DNA from: a bacterium
GTDB taxonomy: Bacteria > Patescibacteriota > Dojkabacteria > B142 > OLB20
Assembly (NCBI GenBank): GCA_021463645.1
Contig: JAJTYI010000004.1
Span: 110,277 to 174,276, forward strand
Direction of reading: 5' to 3'
DNA: 64,000 nucleotides
Shown: in pieces, positions 10,601 through 18,407 of the stretch
Position numbering within the stretch: position 1 is the stretch's first letter
Layout of the letters: each line of letters starts with the position of its first letter
The notes under the pieces: generated by a model
The model's input: only the letters and a program-made list of their open reading frames with translations
The model's database searches: none
Told to the model about the DNA's origin: nothing
Program-made: the position numbers and the translations under genes

Positions 10601-10639
10601 AGGGGAGTATTCCCCTCCATAGTTTGTAATGAGTCTCAC
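7595..10639 (-). CDS. Multidomain protein: unknown N-terminus + type I phosphoribosyltransferase + TrpF-like TIM barrel + HAD-like C-terminus
   Basis: PRT: VVVGAPSGG, KGKKVLFVDDNSNTGRTL. TrpF-like: IKVCGVHN, LVDSKKKGGTG, LAGGLSSSN, LDLESSVE, KDPEKI. HAD-like: IWTAGD, VIDND, DMDDVL. Confidence 0.75.
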   Translation of the reverse strand: MRLITNYGGEYSPPFFAPSNSVQLDLKYADLHSYVTGVVNVVENNSSNQREKLGLGSIWGNKSSLRDFDLSNNQVGLRGSYKLGKNLDSDESDTGLLPYYQKDGRLDAFPGQKPTHKGARYYISVDSSVPTQWKLEVIKEDVNDAIAQLSEGYDDVNYLQYLGMIDHLRNHISTLYHSYTYKDRYELTENAEYIERRERIFNSMVNITQEYYLTLLGHKSGVEINSAEILSIVDDITNDLLGRDDVVFKMPEIENSLKVLAFADLVTDKHPEIDVVVGAPSGGSETAIVTDLLYKIKNPNRERQLELLPISTHSASVKRDDEETTKDDIEDYIKSNGIEFKGKKVLFVDDNSNTGRTLALAENIISNSGAENVICRVVEADPIRIQLKSSPGNVQLVPNPMVNECSVGFVPITRGAGLLSPDRQMLKIERQGVLRRNYNRTANAEDSPIERDEVDSKTQESRTEAEIKVCGVHNIYDAQACLLSGVRNFGIHLTYTPEEYKRKALGIDDPRVAIKMNKVHDFYSDRDLPLPWLELNPIRDMIDYLDESGIETNLFLLMRPKSSDEAIRILRRVIPSGSQQKVTLQLQGDYDAELVNSIREELKAGFENEISIVQMVALDEDDLDRKIFELNSDTNVDAVLVDSKKKGGTGEQGDIEQLVRVLGGISKRKYLAGGLSSSNINQTLEILRNNGIQVEGLDLESSVEFDETMIKVKSDGSIVKRRKDPEKISRFVDEVELIEYMEITIQDTQFKTVLNQAWEFAKNETGYFNLDAAAEGFWIYASQEGLLTDIALSNKTAFINQFRIAASTYPAIPGIVREKLSRVEESDAFQEKKPQAWLNAGVGNLLSQITNAGDVSSIIWTAGDSVVEDYPRIGNYAMTEEQRLRYELSGLERLANQIFAEHTGIEFIAHPDKLGVVEKRIEEWSQHGTIYVIDNDLENLRKFNEICNKHGVMNVQMIHVEGPLDGYSERLTNLVPGDLVIMDMDDVLLNGEFRKFHQPRNILKHLTDLGYYHE

Positions 10640-10904
10640 TGTTATATATCAAGTATATCTATCTGGATTACATAGTAACATATATATTGATTATATGTAA
10701 AAACAAATATACAATTTTGGTATTGGGTGGATATGGATCTATTTCTATAATTTCTAAATCAATGAAAGTCTTTCCAAACTACTACCCATAACATATGCTT
10801 GATTGGGTATAGAACCATGAATTGTCAATCTCGTAGTTATTAAATATCCACAAGGTATATAGTTATGATATACTGTTGTTTGGCATTTTTTAATAAATTT
10901 AATA

Positions 10905-11527
10905 ATGTGTGAACAACGTGACGTAAACTTTAATAAATTAGGTGTGCCTGAAGAGTTTCGTAATTTCTGTTTGGGAACTGAAAAATTATTTATTATTTGG
11001 CAAAAAGTATTGGATCAAGGAGGTTATCATGAAGGGGACAAAGTATTAATCCCTTTCGGAGGTCCAGGGTCCATGCCTATTTTTTTGATTCATTAGGGAT
11101 CTTAACTTTTTCTGGAGATATAAGGCATGCTACAGATTACCCTAATCCAATTGAAGGGTTAGAAAGATTAAGAGCAAAACATGGTTATGCAGGAGCAGAT
11201 CAGAGGTTTTTTGCATGGGATGCTACAAAACTACCCCTTGCAGCATCTTCCTTTAAGTTGGCGATTGTTAATCCTCCCTATGGAATTAATTGTCCTTCAG
11301 AAGGCGATTTAATGGATTTAACTATAGGGTCTTTGTTAGAACTGAAAAGAGTATTAGCCGTAGATGGAAGAGCCTACTTTGTTTTTCCAGTAAATTGGGC
11401 TTCAGAATTTCAAAATAGGGTTAGTCAGGAAGCTCAACGCATGGAGATAAACCTTTTAAGTATGAATATCACTTCAGACCCAAAATCTGAAAATCCTCTT
11501 TGTTTGATACAAGCAATAAAACACTAG
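10905..11527 (+). pseudogene. Class I SAM-dependent amino-methyltransferase (NPPY type), frameshifted at T7 tract 11080-11086
   Basis: Adding one T joins VLIPFGGPGS...SGDI...WDATKLPL...IVNPPYG...KRVLAVDGRAYF into one ORF of about 207 aa. Confidence 0.75.
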
Positions 11528-11606
11528 ATTGTGTAATACAATAGAACTAGCATCTCGAGGTTATGAACTTTTTAATAGGTACTTAAGCTGAATCGCGTGA
11601 TATAAT

Positions 11607-12179
11607 ATGTATATACGAATAGATGAAATGGAAGCTGTTCAACCTGACAATATTTCTAAAAATAGGCCATTCGGATCGCGATTAGTAGGATCCCTTGTCC
11701 AAAGATATAAAGCACAACCATCCCCTTTGCCTGGAACTCTCCCCGGTTCAGAAGCTTTTGTAGCGGATTGGGAGGAGGGTGGATCAAAGCATGCATTTCA
11801 CGGATTAGGAGAAAGCTTTAATGAAATGTTTCCAGACAATCCACAGGTCCTTCGCCGAACTTTGTCCACCTTAGCAGGTAGTGTTTTATGGGGTCTAGGT
11901 GTAACTGCTGTTTTGCCTCTTTTGGCTTATTCTTGGGATAACAGGGTTAGTGAAGGATATACCGGAACTGATCCAAATAAATGGCCTGATCAACAAAGAC
12001 AACAGATAACATGGACCAATAAAGAAGCCAAAGCTGCTAATGACGCATCTACAGGAAGAGGAGTCAAAGGTTGCTCGGCGGACAAATATGCAAGCAGAGT
12101 TCAATCTGAAGGACTATTGGGGAAAAAGGCAGCAGAGAAAATGAATAAAAAGTATGATGAACATTCTCGTCGAAAATAA
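11607..12179 (+). CDS. Hypothetical protein with one transmembrane segment
   Basis: 190-aa ORF with a central hydrophobic stretch; TATAAT upstream. Confidence 0.55.
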   Translation: MYIRIDEMEAVQPDNISKNRPFGSRLVGSLVQRYKAQPSPLPGTLPGSEAFVADWEEGGSKHAFHGLGESFNEMFPDNPQVLRRTLSTLAGSVLWGLGVTAVLPLLAYSWDNRVSEGYTGTDPNKWPDQQRQQITWTNKEAKAANDASTGRGVKGCSADKYASRVQSEGLLGKKAAEKMNKKYDEHSRRK

Positions 12180-12184
12180 TAGTC

Positions 12185-12277
12185 GAATTTGAAATAAAGG
12201 ATGGAAAGCTAAGCTACGAATGGGTTAAACCTTTTGATAGTGTCTTTGTTTCCGCTAAGGGTCACACTTGGGGTGGC
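12185..12277 (+). pseudogene. Relic 3' end of a large serine recombinase
   Basis: Translates EFEIKDGKLSYEWVKPFDSVFVSAKGHTWGG, nearly identical to the relic at 33260-33345 (TIKDGKLQYDWIKPFDSIFNSAKSHEWGG). Confidence 0.7.
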
Positions 12278-12346
12278 CATGCCTTCGCTGAAGCTACGGC
12301 AGACCTTACCCAGTGTATTTCTTCGCAAGCTCAGAAACACTGGGGT
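12269..12346. repeat. Double-hairpin/att element, copy 1
   Basis: tggggtggccatgccttcgctgaagctacggcagaccttacccagtgtatttcttcgcaagctcagaaacactggggt; near-identical to 17814-17892 and 25084-25162. Confidence 0.95.
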
Positions 12347-12396
12347 CAATGGCTGGATGCGTTTTGGAACTCTTTAATTTAGATTTTGAATTGCAA

Positions 12397-12642
12397 CTAT
12401 TCACTAAATTCTAACTTAGTATCATCCGGCATTTTTTCACTTATTGCTAGTCTCAGTTTCTTAAGAGCATCATTTTTGTCTTTTCCCCATACTTCTCTAA
12501 ATGGAAAAGGTAATTCTGAAGGTGAAATTTTACCTTCATGATTTTCTTTTTTCACAAATTCTACAATACCAGCAAAATGAAACTTTCCAGCTATTGCTGG
12601 AATAATCTTTTTAGTACCAATACCAATTATGTATTTTTCCAT
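12397..12642 (-). CDS. Small hypothetical protein
   Basis: 81-aa ORF with ATG start and plausible composition. Confidence 0.5.
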   Translation of the reverse strand: MEKYIIGIGTKKIIPAIAGKFHFAGIVEFVKKENHEGKISPSELPFPFREVWGKDKNDALKKLRLAISEKMPDDTKLEFSE

Positions 12643-12724
12643 TTTTTTAAATTAGATAATTCAGTTTAAACAACCAACTTAAATACTGAATTCATGATTC
12701 CAGATGATGATTCAACAATTAATA

Positions 12725-13282
12725 TTATTCATATATTAGGTCCCATCTGTCAATGTATTCATCATACCACTTAGGTCCGAGTTGTGGACCTCTAGAACCC
12801 TTGTTGTTTAAATTCCTTTTATATAGCTGATCTTCTGAATCTATAAATAATATAGATCTTTTATCCTTTACTAGATTTTCTGGAATTATCCAACATTTTT
12901 CAATAGAAATTTCTTGCTTCTTTAGACCTATAAAAATATAAAAATCACATTTACGTCTTCTTCTTCCACTAACAAATAGATTGGATTTTCTGTCAAACAT
13001 TTGGGAGTGATTGGTGAATTGCCAACCCTTGAATTCATAACCTTTCATTTGCCAATCCTTAGATTGTGGTTTTGAAGTTTTAACTTCTATTAAGGTATTT
13101 GATCTTGTAATTATGTCGCAATCTGCCATAGAATTTGCTAGCTTCATACCAGGAATGCCCCTTCTTGCTAACTCTGCAAGTGCATAGTATTCACCATATA
13201 ACCCAACAGAAGCCCTGTTCTTAAAATCTTCTGTGTAAATTTTTTGGTCCATAATAACTAATAAATTACAAGATTTTATCAT
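12725..13282 (-). CDS. PD-(D/E)XK-family nuclease-like protein
   Basis: GLYGEYYALAELARRG, DCDII, IEVKTS, CDFYIFIG. Confidence 0.7.
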   Translation of the reverse strand: MIKSCNLLVIMDQKIYTEDFKNRASVGLYGEYYALAELARRGIPGMKLANSMADCDIITRSNTLIEVKTSKPQSKDWQMKGYEFKGWQFTNHSQMFDRKSNLFVSGRRRRKCDFYIFIGLKKQEISIEKCWIIPENLVKDKRSILFIDSEDQLYKRNLNNKGSRGPQLGPKWYDEYIDRWDLIYE

Positions 13283-13410
13283 GGTTGATAATGAATTTAG
13301 AAACCATAACTATATTTCCAATTTTAACATTAGTTACATTTATGTATTATGGGTTTTACTATTTTATAGTCTTCATATTAATCAATGATTAGCTTATACT
13401 TAGGCATAGA

Positions 13411-14145
13411 ATGAGCAAATATTCTAAAAAACAAAAACAAAAGAAACTTATAATAATGCTATTCAGCGGATTCATTATATTGTTGATGTTCTTCACTCTG
13501 CTTAATGGGAGTTTCATTGCACAAAATACATTGATATTCATTCTGTTGGGTTTTTTGGGACTATACATATTGATGGACAGGATAATCAATACGTTTTTTT
13601 CAAGTTGGGATAGCTATGACAACTATGGAAAAGGTGAAAAAGGAGAAGCGGTAGTAGCAAATATATTGTCAGGAATTGAGAATTGTTATAGTTACCAAAA
13701 TGTAATGCTTCCTAATGGTAAGATGGATATCGACCATATAGTGATATCCAGGAAAGGAATTTTTGTGATAGAAACAAAGAATTATACTGGTAGAATGGAA
13801 GTATATAATGATAAATGGTATAGAACTGAGAAACGGAAATTTGGTATAAGTGGTAAGCGTAAACAATTACTAAGATCTCCAAATACACAGGCATTATCCA
13901 ATGCAATGAGATTAAGAAAGTTTTTGCTGGATAAATTACCCGAAGATACGCATGACAAACTTTTCGTTAAACCATTAGTTGTTATGGTCAATGATTTCAA
14001 TCCTGATGATATACATACTAAAGATATCATACTTGACTTGAGCTCATTACATAACGAAATTTACTCAAAGGATTTTAAAGTTGATAAACAATTATTAGTA
14101 CAAGTGAAAAAAGAATTGGATAAATTCTCAATAAATAATTCCTAA
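13411..14145 (+). CDS. NERD-domain nuclease-related protein with two N-terminal TM helices
   Basis: GEKGEAVV, DIDHIVISRKGIFVIETKNYTG, SPNTQA. Confidence 0.85.
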   Translation: MSKYSKKQKQKKLIIMLFSGFIILLMFFTLLNGSFIAQNTLIFILLGFLGLYILMDRIINTFFSSWDSYDNYGKGEKGEAVVANILSGIENCYSYQNVMLPNGKMDIDHIVISRKGIFVIETKNYTGRMEVYNDKWYRTEKRKFGISGKRKQLLRSPNTQALSNAMRLRKFLLDKLPEDTHDKLFVKPLVVMVNDFNPDDIHTKDIILDLSSLHNEIYSKDFKVDKQLLVQVKKELDKFSINNS

Positions 14146-14284
14146 GATGGGGGGTCACTTGTAGGACTCGTATAGGATGTACTACAAGACGACCTCCTAT
14201 TAATCACACTTTACTTAAATGGTATAATGGATAACACATTTATTTTAACTGCCCACATTACTTATTAATATAATATATTAAGGT

Positions 14285-15223
14285 ATGGGTAGTGAATTCT
14301 CCACAGACGTTAAAAATCACATCTTTGACCAAGAACTATTTCCAAACAGTTCAGCGTCCCATACTGCAGTATTAAATTATCCCCCTCAAGAAGTGGTATC
14401 ACATCCAGTAATGTTTTTTGAAGCCGTAAACGACATGTATGCTAGAGAGAAGGAAAAAGTTAAGCCTAATACTCAACTTCAAGCTGGAATTGATTTGTCC
14501 AAGCCAAACCATTTGAGAAGGATGGATAGGCATACAAAAGTTCATGTTGTCACAGGAATCGCAGAATGGGGTGGGTCAAATACCGAAAATATTCCTTATT
14601 GGGATAGGCAATCATTGTTTGCCGGCTTTGATTATCTATTTCCACAATTTTCAGAACTATTAAAATTGCAATTTGATGTAGAAAACATTAACGGATTAAG
14701 AGCAGTAATTGGAATGATTGTACCGCGATTGAGTGAATCAAATTGGTATGTAAATATCCTCGAAGGCAAACTAAATACAGGTACTGTCACAAGATCAATG
14801 ATTGATGACCATCTTTCGAGCAAACTTGAAGCATGGCGAGTAATAAGGGATGACTACCAATATGTACTGAAAGCAAAACTTAAACATATTTTATATCTCA
14901 CAGATAAATTACCCTTAAGAAATACTAGAGAATTTTTATTAGATGAAATTGAAGGTGTGATTCAGAGATCAAGAATTGAGACTGATGATCTTATGATTAA
15001 TATGGGGATAGATGGTGGTTTAAGTGAAGATACTTATAGACCACCATATTATATTGTTGGGGTGAGGCAATTAGCTCACTTAGGTAGAGATACTGTACAA
15101 ATACCACATAATGTTTGTCCAGATTGGTCGTATGAACAAATTGTTAGCAGTATACAAAGAGATGATTTTTCTGAAACTCAGCTTTTTGAACCTCCCGAAT
15201 TCTTTTTACCTAGAGTATTTTGA
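14285..15223 (+). CDS. Hypothetical protein, first gene of the kinase-CYTH-NDK operon
   Basis: 312-aa ORF whose stop overlaps the next start. Confidence 0.65.
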   Translation: MGSEFSTDVKNHIFDQELFPNSSASHTAVLNYPPQEVVSHPVMFFEAVNDMYAREKEKVKPNTQLQAGIDLSKPNHLRRMDRHTKVHVVTGIAEWGGSNTENIPYWDRQSLFAGFDYLFPQFSELLKLQFDVENINGLRAVIGMIVPRLSESNWYVNILEGKLNTGTVTRSMIDDHLSSKLEAWRVIRDDYQYVLKAKLKHILYLTDKLPLRNTREFLLDEIEGVIQRSRIETDDLMINMGIDGGLSEDTYRPPYYIVGVRQLAHLGRDTVQIPHNVCPDWSYEQIVSSIQRDDFSETQLFEPPEFFLPRVF

Positions 15224-16119
15224 CGGAATCAAATCTTGTACTTGAAAAATATCTAAATTATAAACCAGTGAATGTTGCTGAATTGTCGGGTGGCTTAGTA
15301 CATCAGGTCTATAGAATCTTTGGTGAAGATGGAACGTATATAGTAAAAATCAGAGGTAAAAGTGCCTCACAATTGGAAAATGTAACTACACAACCTCATG
15401 AGATTGAATATGAAGCAGAAGGGATAAAAATATTTTCAGGAATTGCCCCTAAAAATTTCCCTCTCTTATTAGGTGAAGATATTGAAAATGGGATAATTGT
15501 TCTATCGGATTTATTACCATCAGGTGGAGATACACTACAAAATATGATTTTCTCGTCTGGAATCACACCTGGCTTCGCGTTTAAGTTTGGTGAGCTAATT
15601 GCTTGTGTGCAATCTAAATTGCCAGTTGTTGATGAGTTTAGGGAAGACGATAAATCATTTTTTGAACAAATATTAAATTTTAGATTTTCAAGAATCCCCG
15701 GATTTAATCATCTACAACTTTTAAATAAAGGTAATAAAGGGTTAATAATGGGGAGCCTATCCCCAAAAAATATATTGATAGATACGGAAGGAGAAATTAA
15801 GATTTGTGATTTAGAAACAGTTTGCGTAGGTATAAAAGAATTCGATATTGGTTATGCATTAGGTCATTTACTTCTAAACTCTGATGCTCGTAGAGAGATT
15901 TTCGATGCATTCTTTTCTGGTTTTGAAACTAGCTTTGGGTTAACATTTAATAAGAATTTAATAAACCAATATATTGCAGCCACGATCTTGTATCGGACTT
16001 ATAGAACAAATGTCCCATACAAGATAAACAGTAGCCCAGATAAAATAGCTAGGCTGTCCGCCAGAGCAATGGAGTATTTGCTTAATGAAGATGAATCAAT
16101 TGATATATTATTAACTTAA
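15220..16119 (+). CDS. APH/methylthioribose-kinase-fold phosphotransferase (atypical catalytic loop)
   Basis: SGGLVHQVYR, YIVKIR, MGSLSPKNIL, ICDLE, FDIGYALGHL. Confidence 0.75.
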   Translation: MTESNLVLEKYLNYKPVNVAELSGGLVHQVYRIFGEDGTYIVKIRGKSASQLENVTTQPHEIEYEAEGIKIFSGIAPKNFPLLLGEDIENGIIVLSDLLPSGGDTLQNMIFSSGITPGFAFKFGELIACVQSKLPVVDEFREDDKSFFEQILNFRFSRIPGFNHLQLLNKGNKGLIMGSLSPKNILIDTEGEIKICDLETVCVGIKEFDIGYALGHLLLNSDARREIFDAFFSGFETSFGLTFNKNLINQYIAATILYRTYRTNVPYKINSSPDKIARLSARAMEYLLNEDESIDILLT

Positions 16120-16120
16120 A

Positions 16121-16768
16121 ATGAAAAAAGTAGAAGAATTAGAATTAAAAGTATTAGCAGTAAACAAGGAACATTTAATAAATGAACTTGAAAAGAATCA
16201 TGCTGAAAAAATTTTAGATGCTCTTACTGAAATTTGGACTTTCGATATAAGTAAGAGTCTTGAAATTGAATATACAAAGCTACCGGCAAAACTAGTAGAT
16301 ACTATTAAAATTGCTGAAGAATTAACTTGGCATGGTAAATCATTGCGTGATCAAAATTATCATTTACGAGCACGAAAACAAGGTGAGCATTATGAGTTTA
16401 CACTTAAATTTTCAAAGTCTCACAATATAGACGTAAAAAAAGAAGTCGAGCTAAATACAAATTTAACAAAGAATGAATGGGGAAAAATTGGCCAAACTAT
16501 TACCGATGCTGGTTTAATTGTTACTGCACATCAACAGAAAAAAAGAATTTCATACCAAATTGTTCACGAATCACTTTCTGCTCATTTTGATATTGATACG
16601 TGGCCAGGAATCCCTACTTATTTGGAGATTGAAGCAAGTAATTCTGAAATCATTCATAATTGGATTAAAAAACTTGGTCTAGGGGGAAATCAAGTATCAA
16701 TTCTTTCGGGACAGAGTTTTTTTGATCTATATAATATTAATTTTTATTCCGAGCTTTTGTTTAAATAA
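16121..16768 (+). CDS. CYTH-domain (triphosphate tunnel) protein
   Basis: EELELKV, LRARK, FTLK, KKRISY, FDIDTWPGIPTYLEIE. Confidence 0.85.
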   Translation: MKKVEELELKVLAVNKEHLINELEKNHAEKILDALTEIWTFDISKSLEIEYTKLPAKLVDTIKIAEELTWHGKSLRDQNYHLRARKQGEHYEFTLKFSKSHNIDVKKEVELNTNLTKNEWGKIGQTITDAGLIVTAHQQKKRISYQIVHESLSAHFDIDTWPGIPTYLEIEASNSEIIHNWIKKLGLGGNQVSILSGQSFFDLYNINFYSELLFK

Positions 16769-16774
16769 TGAAAC

Positions 16775-17767
16775 ATGAATCTCAAGTTCTCTGGTGAAAA
16801 TAGAACTGCCCCAAATGTTAACCAAATTTCGATCACTCAATATCTAGATTTTTTTGAAAGATCTTTTTCTTCTGAACCCGAAGAAATGCCTCCTTTCTAT
16901 CAACAAAGAAATGAACATCTCACTTTTCTTGCTGGGCAGGCTATGAAAGAATTAGCACACATTCTACCCCAACAACTTTTGTATTTGACTCAAGAGACTG
17001 GGTTAACTCCAAAAGACTCAAATGCAGCACAAGGATACATAGAAAAAGCAATGATTGTATCTGCACATTGCGATTTCCCGGAAGTCCTTCCAATATTAAA
17101 TAGTCAAGACTATGGCACATTTCGGTATCTTGGCGGTATCAACTTGGAGCGGTTGTTTGCAGAAAAAATACCTCAGGTAAATGCACTGGTAGCAAATGGT
17201 GTCTCAGCAATCTTAATAAGGCCAGAAATTAAACATATTTCCTCACTTATTACTCAATATTTAGAACAAAACACATTAAATATTCTGTTTAGAAAACAAC
17301 TTCAATTGAGCTTTAATCAATACTGGGGTTTGTATGAGCATGCATTTGGCCATCCTGTTAAAGAAGGTCATGTTAGGAGGCGTATTTTTGGTTACGTTGG
17401 AAGAGAAACAGAATTACTTTTATTCAACGATCCCTTAAGACGGTATGGTGATTCAGGTATTGATTTGGCGGAAGGAGTCAAACGAGAACATAAAGGAACT
17501 GCCGGGAAGTATGATGGTAAAACGTTGAGAGGAGGGGTAATATTTGTCGAAATGAGTATGGCTATGATTCCGGGAAATATTTTATCTCAATTAGCACTCG
17601 ATCCAATAATGCAATATAGATATGCAAATCCTGACGTATATAGTGATGGTGTTACTGATCATGTCCTTGCTAATTTACCTGGAGTTCATATGCCGGAGGG
17701 ACATGAATTACTAAAAGATCTTGCAATCATGCTAGACGAGTCTGATTTAACAACTATCTTAAACTAG
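16775..17767 (+). CDS. Protein with C-terminal nucleoside-diphosphate-kinase-like domain
   Basis: AILIRPE, LYEH, KREHKG, KTLRG and PGVHMPE resemble NDK IKPD/TIRG/NxxH motifs. Confidence 0.6.
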   Translation: MNLKFSGENRTAPNVNQISITQYLDFFERSFSSEPEEMPPFYQQRNEHLTFLAGQAMKELAHILPQQLLYLTQETGLTPKDSNAAQGYIEKAMIVSAHCDFPEVLPILNSQDYGTFRYLGGINLERLFAEKIPQVNALVANGVSAILIRPEIKHISSLITQYLEQNTLNILFRKQLQLSFNQYWGLYEHAFGHPVKEGHVRRRIFGYVGRETELLLFNDPLRRYGDSGIDLAEGVKREHKGTAGKYDGKTLRGGVIFVEMSMAMIPGNILSQLALDPIMQYRYANPDVYSDGVTDHVLANLPGVHMPEGHELLKDLAIMLDESDLTTILN

Positions 17768-17892
17768 ATATGTTTTTTTGAGAGTTTGATTGGATTTAAG
17801 TTAATTGATGAAATAGGGTGGTCATGCCTACGCTAAAGCTACGGCAGACCTTACCCAGTGTATTTCTTCGCAAGCTCAGAAACACTGGGGTG
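17752..17892. repeat. 141-bp direct repeat (left copy), including double-hairpin/att element copy 2
   Basis: Matches 25022-25162 with two mismatches (17764, 17815). Confidence 0.95.
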
Positions 17893-18109
17893 ATAGATGT
17901 AACACCTTCTGAACTATATTTTAACTTTTTACGATACTCCGCACAAGCTAAGGAGTTTTTTGTTAAAGGTAAGAAGTTGGCATTCGATTCCATGCATTTA
18001 AGCGGAGCAATAATGGACTACAAGGTTTAGTTCATATTTATTTTCATTATTAACTATGTTTAAGGTATAATCCATAGTTTACCTCTTAGGTTAATTTTGT
18101 TATCATAAA

Positions 18110-18406
18110 ATGAAGGTTGAGTACGCTACCAAAAGAGTAGAAAAGAAGTTTACAAAGTATTTACAGGGTACTGAATTTTCCGACAAAATTAAACAGAGGA
18201 TAATGGAATTAAAAGCAGCACCGAATTTATTGGTAATAGACAAAATGAAGTTTCCAGAATTGCATAAATTAAGGGGAGAAAAAAAAGGACTGATGTCCAT
18301 CAAAGTAAAAAAGAATTGGAAAATTATATTTAGGGCAAGAGATTCGTTTGACAACTATGCTGAAGTGAAGGCTCTTGAATTAATTGATTTTGAAGATTAC
18401 CATTAA
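18110..18406 (+). CDS. higB: HigB/RelE-family toxin
   Basis: LHKLRGEKKGLMSIKVKKNWKIIF, IDFEDYH; lies upstream of a HigA. Confidence 0.85.
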   Translation: MKVEYATKRVEKKFTKYLQGTEFSDKIKQRIMELKAAPNLLVIDKMKFPELHKLRGEKKGLMSIKVKKNWKIIFRARDSFDNYAEVKALELIDFEDYH

Positions 18407-18407
18407 T

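Noticed and set aside
7595..10639. Calling the fusion trpF/trpD of tryptophan biosynthesis
   Set aside because: The PRT domain is type I rather than the TrpD fold, and no other trp genes are nearby
11094..11096. Stop-codon readthrough or alternative genetic code in the methyltransferase
   Set aside because: The downstream half is in a different frame; TGA, TAG and TAA all act as normal stops in conserved genes
17818..18030. 70-aa plus-strand ORF (and antisense 17796-17993)
   Set aside because: Starts inside the repeat element; not a credible standalone gene, although its distal part could be a displaced recombinase tail
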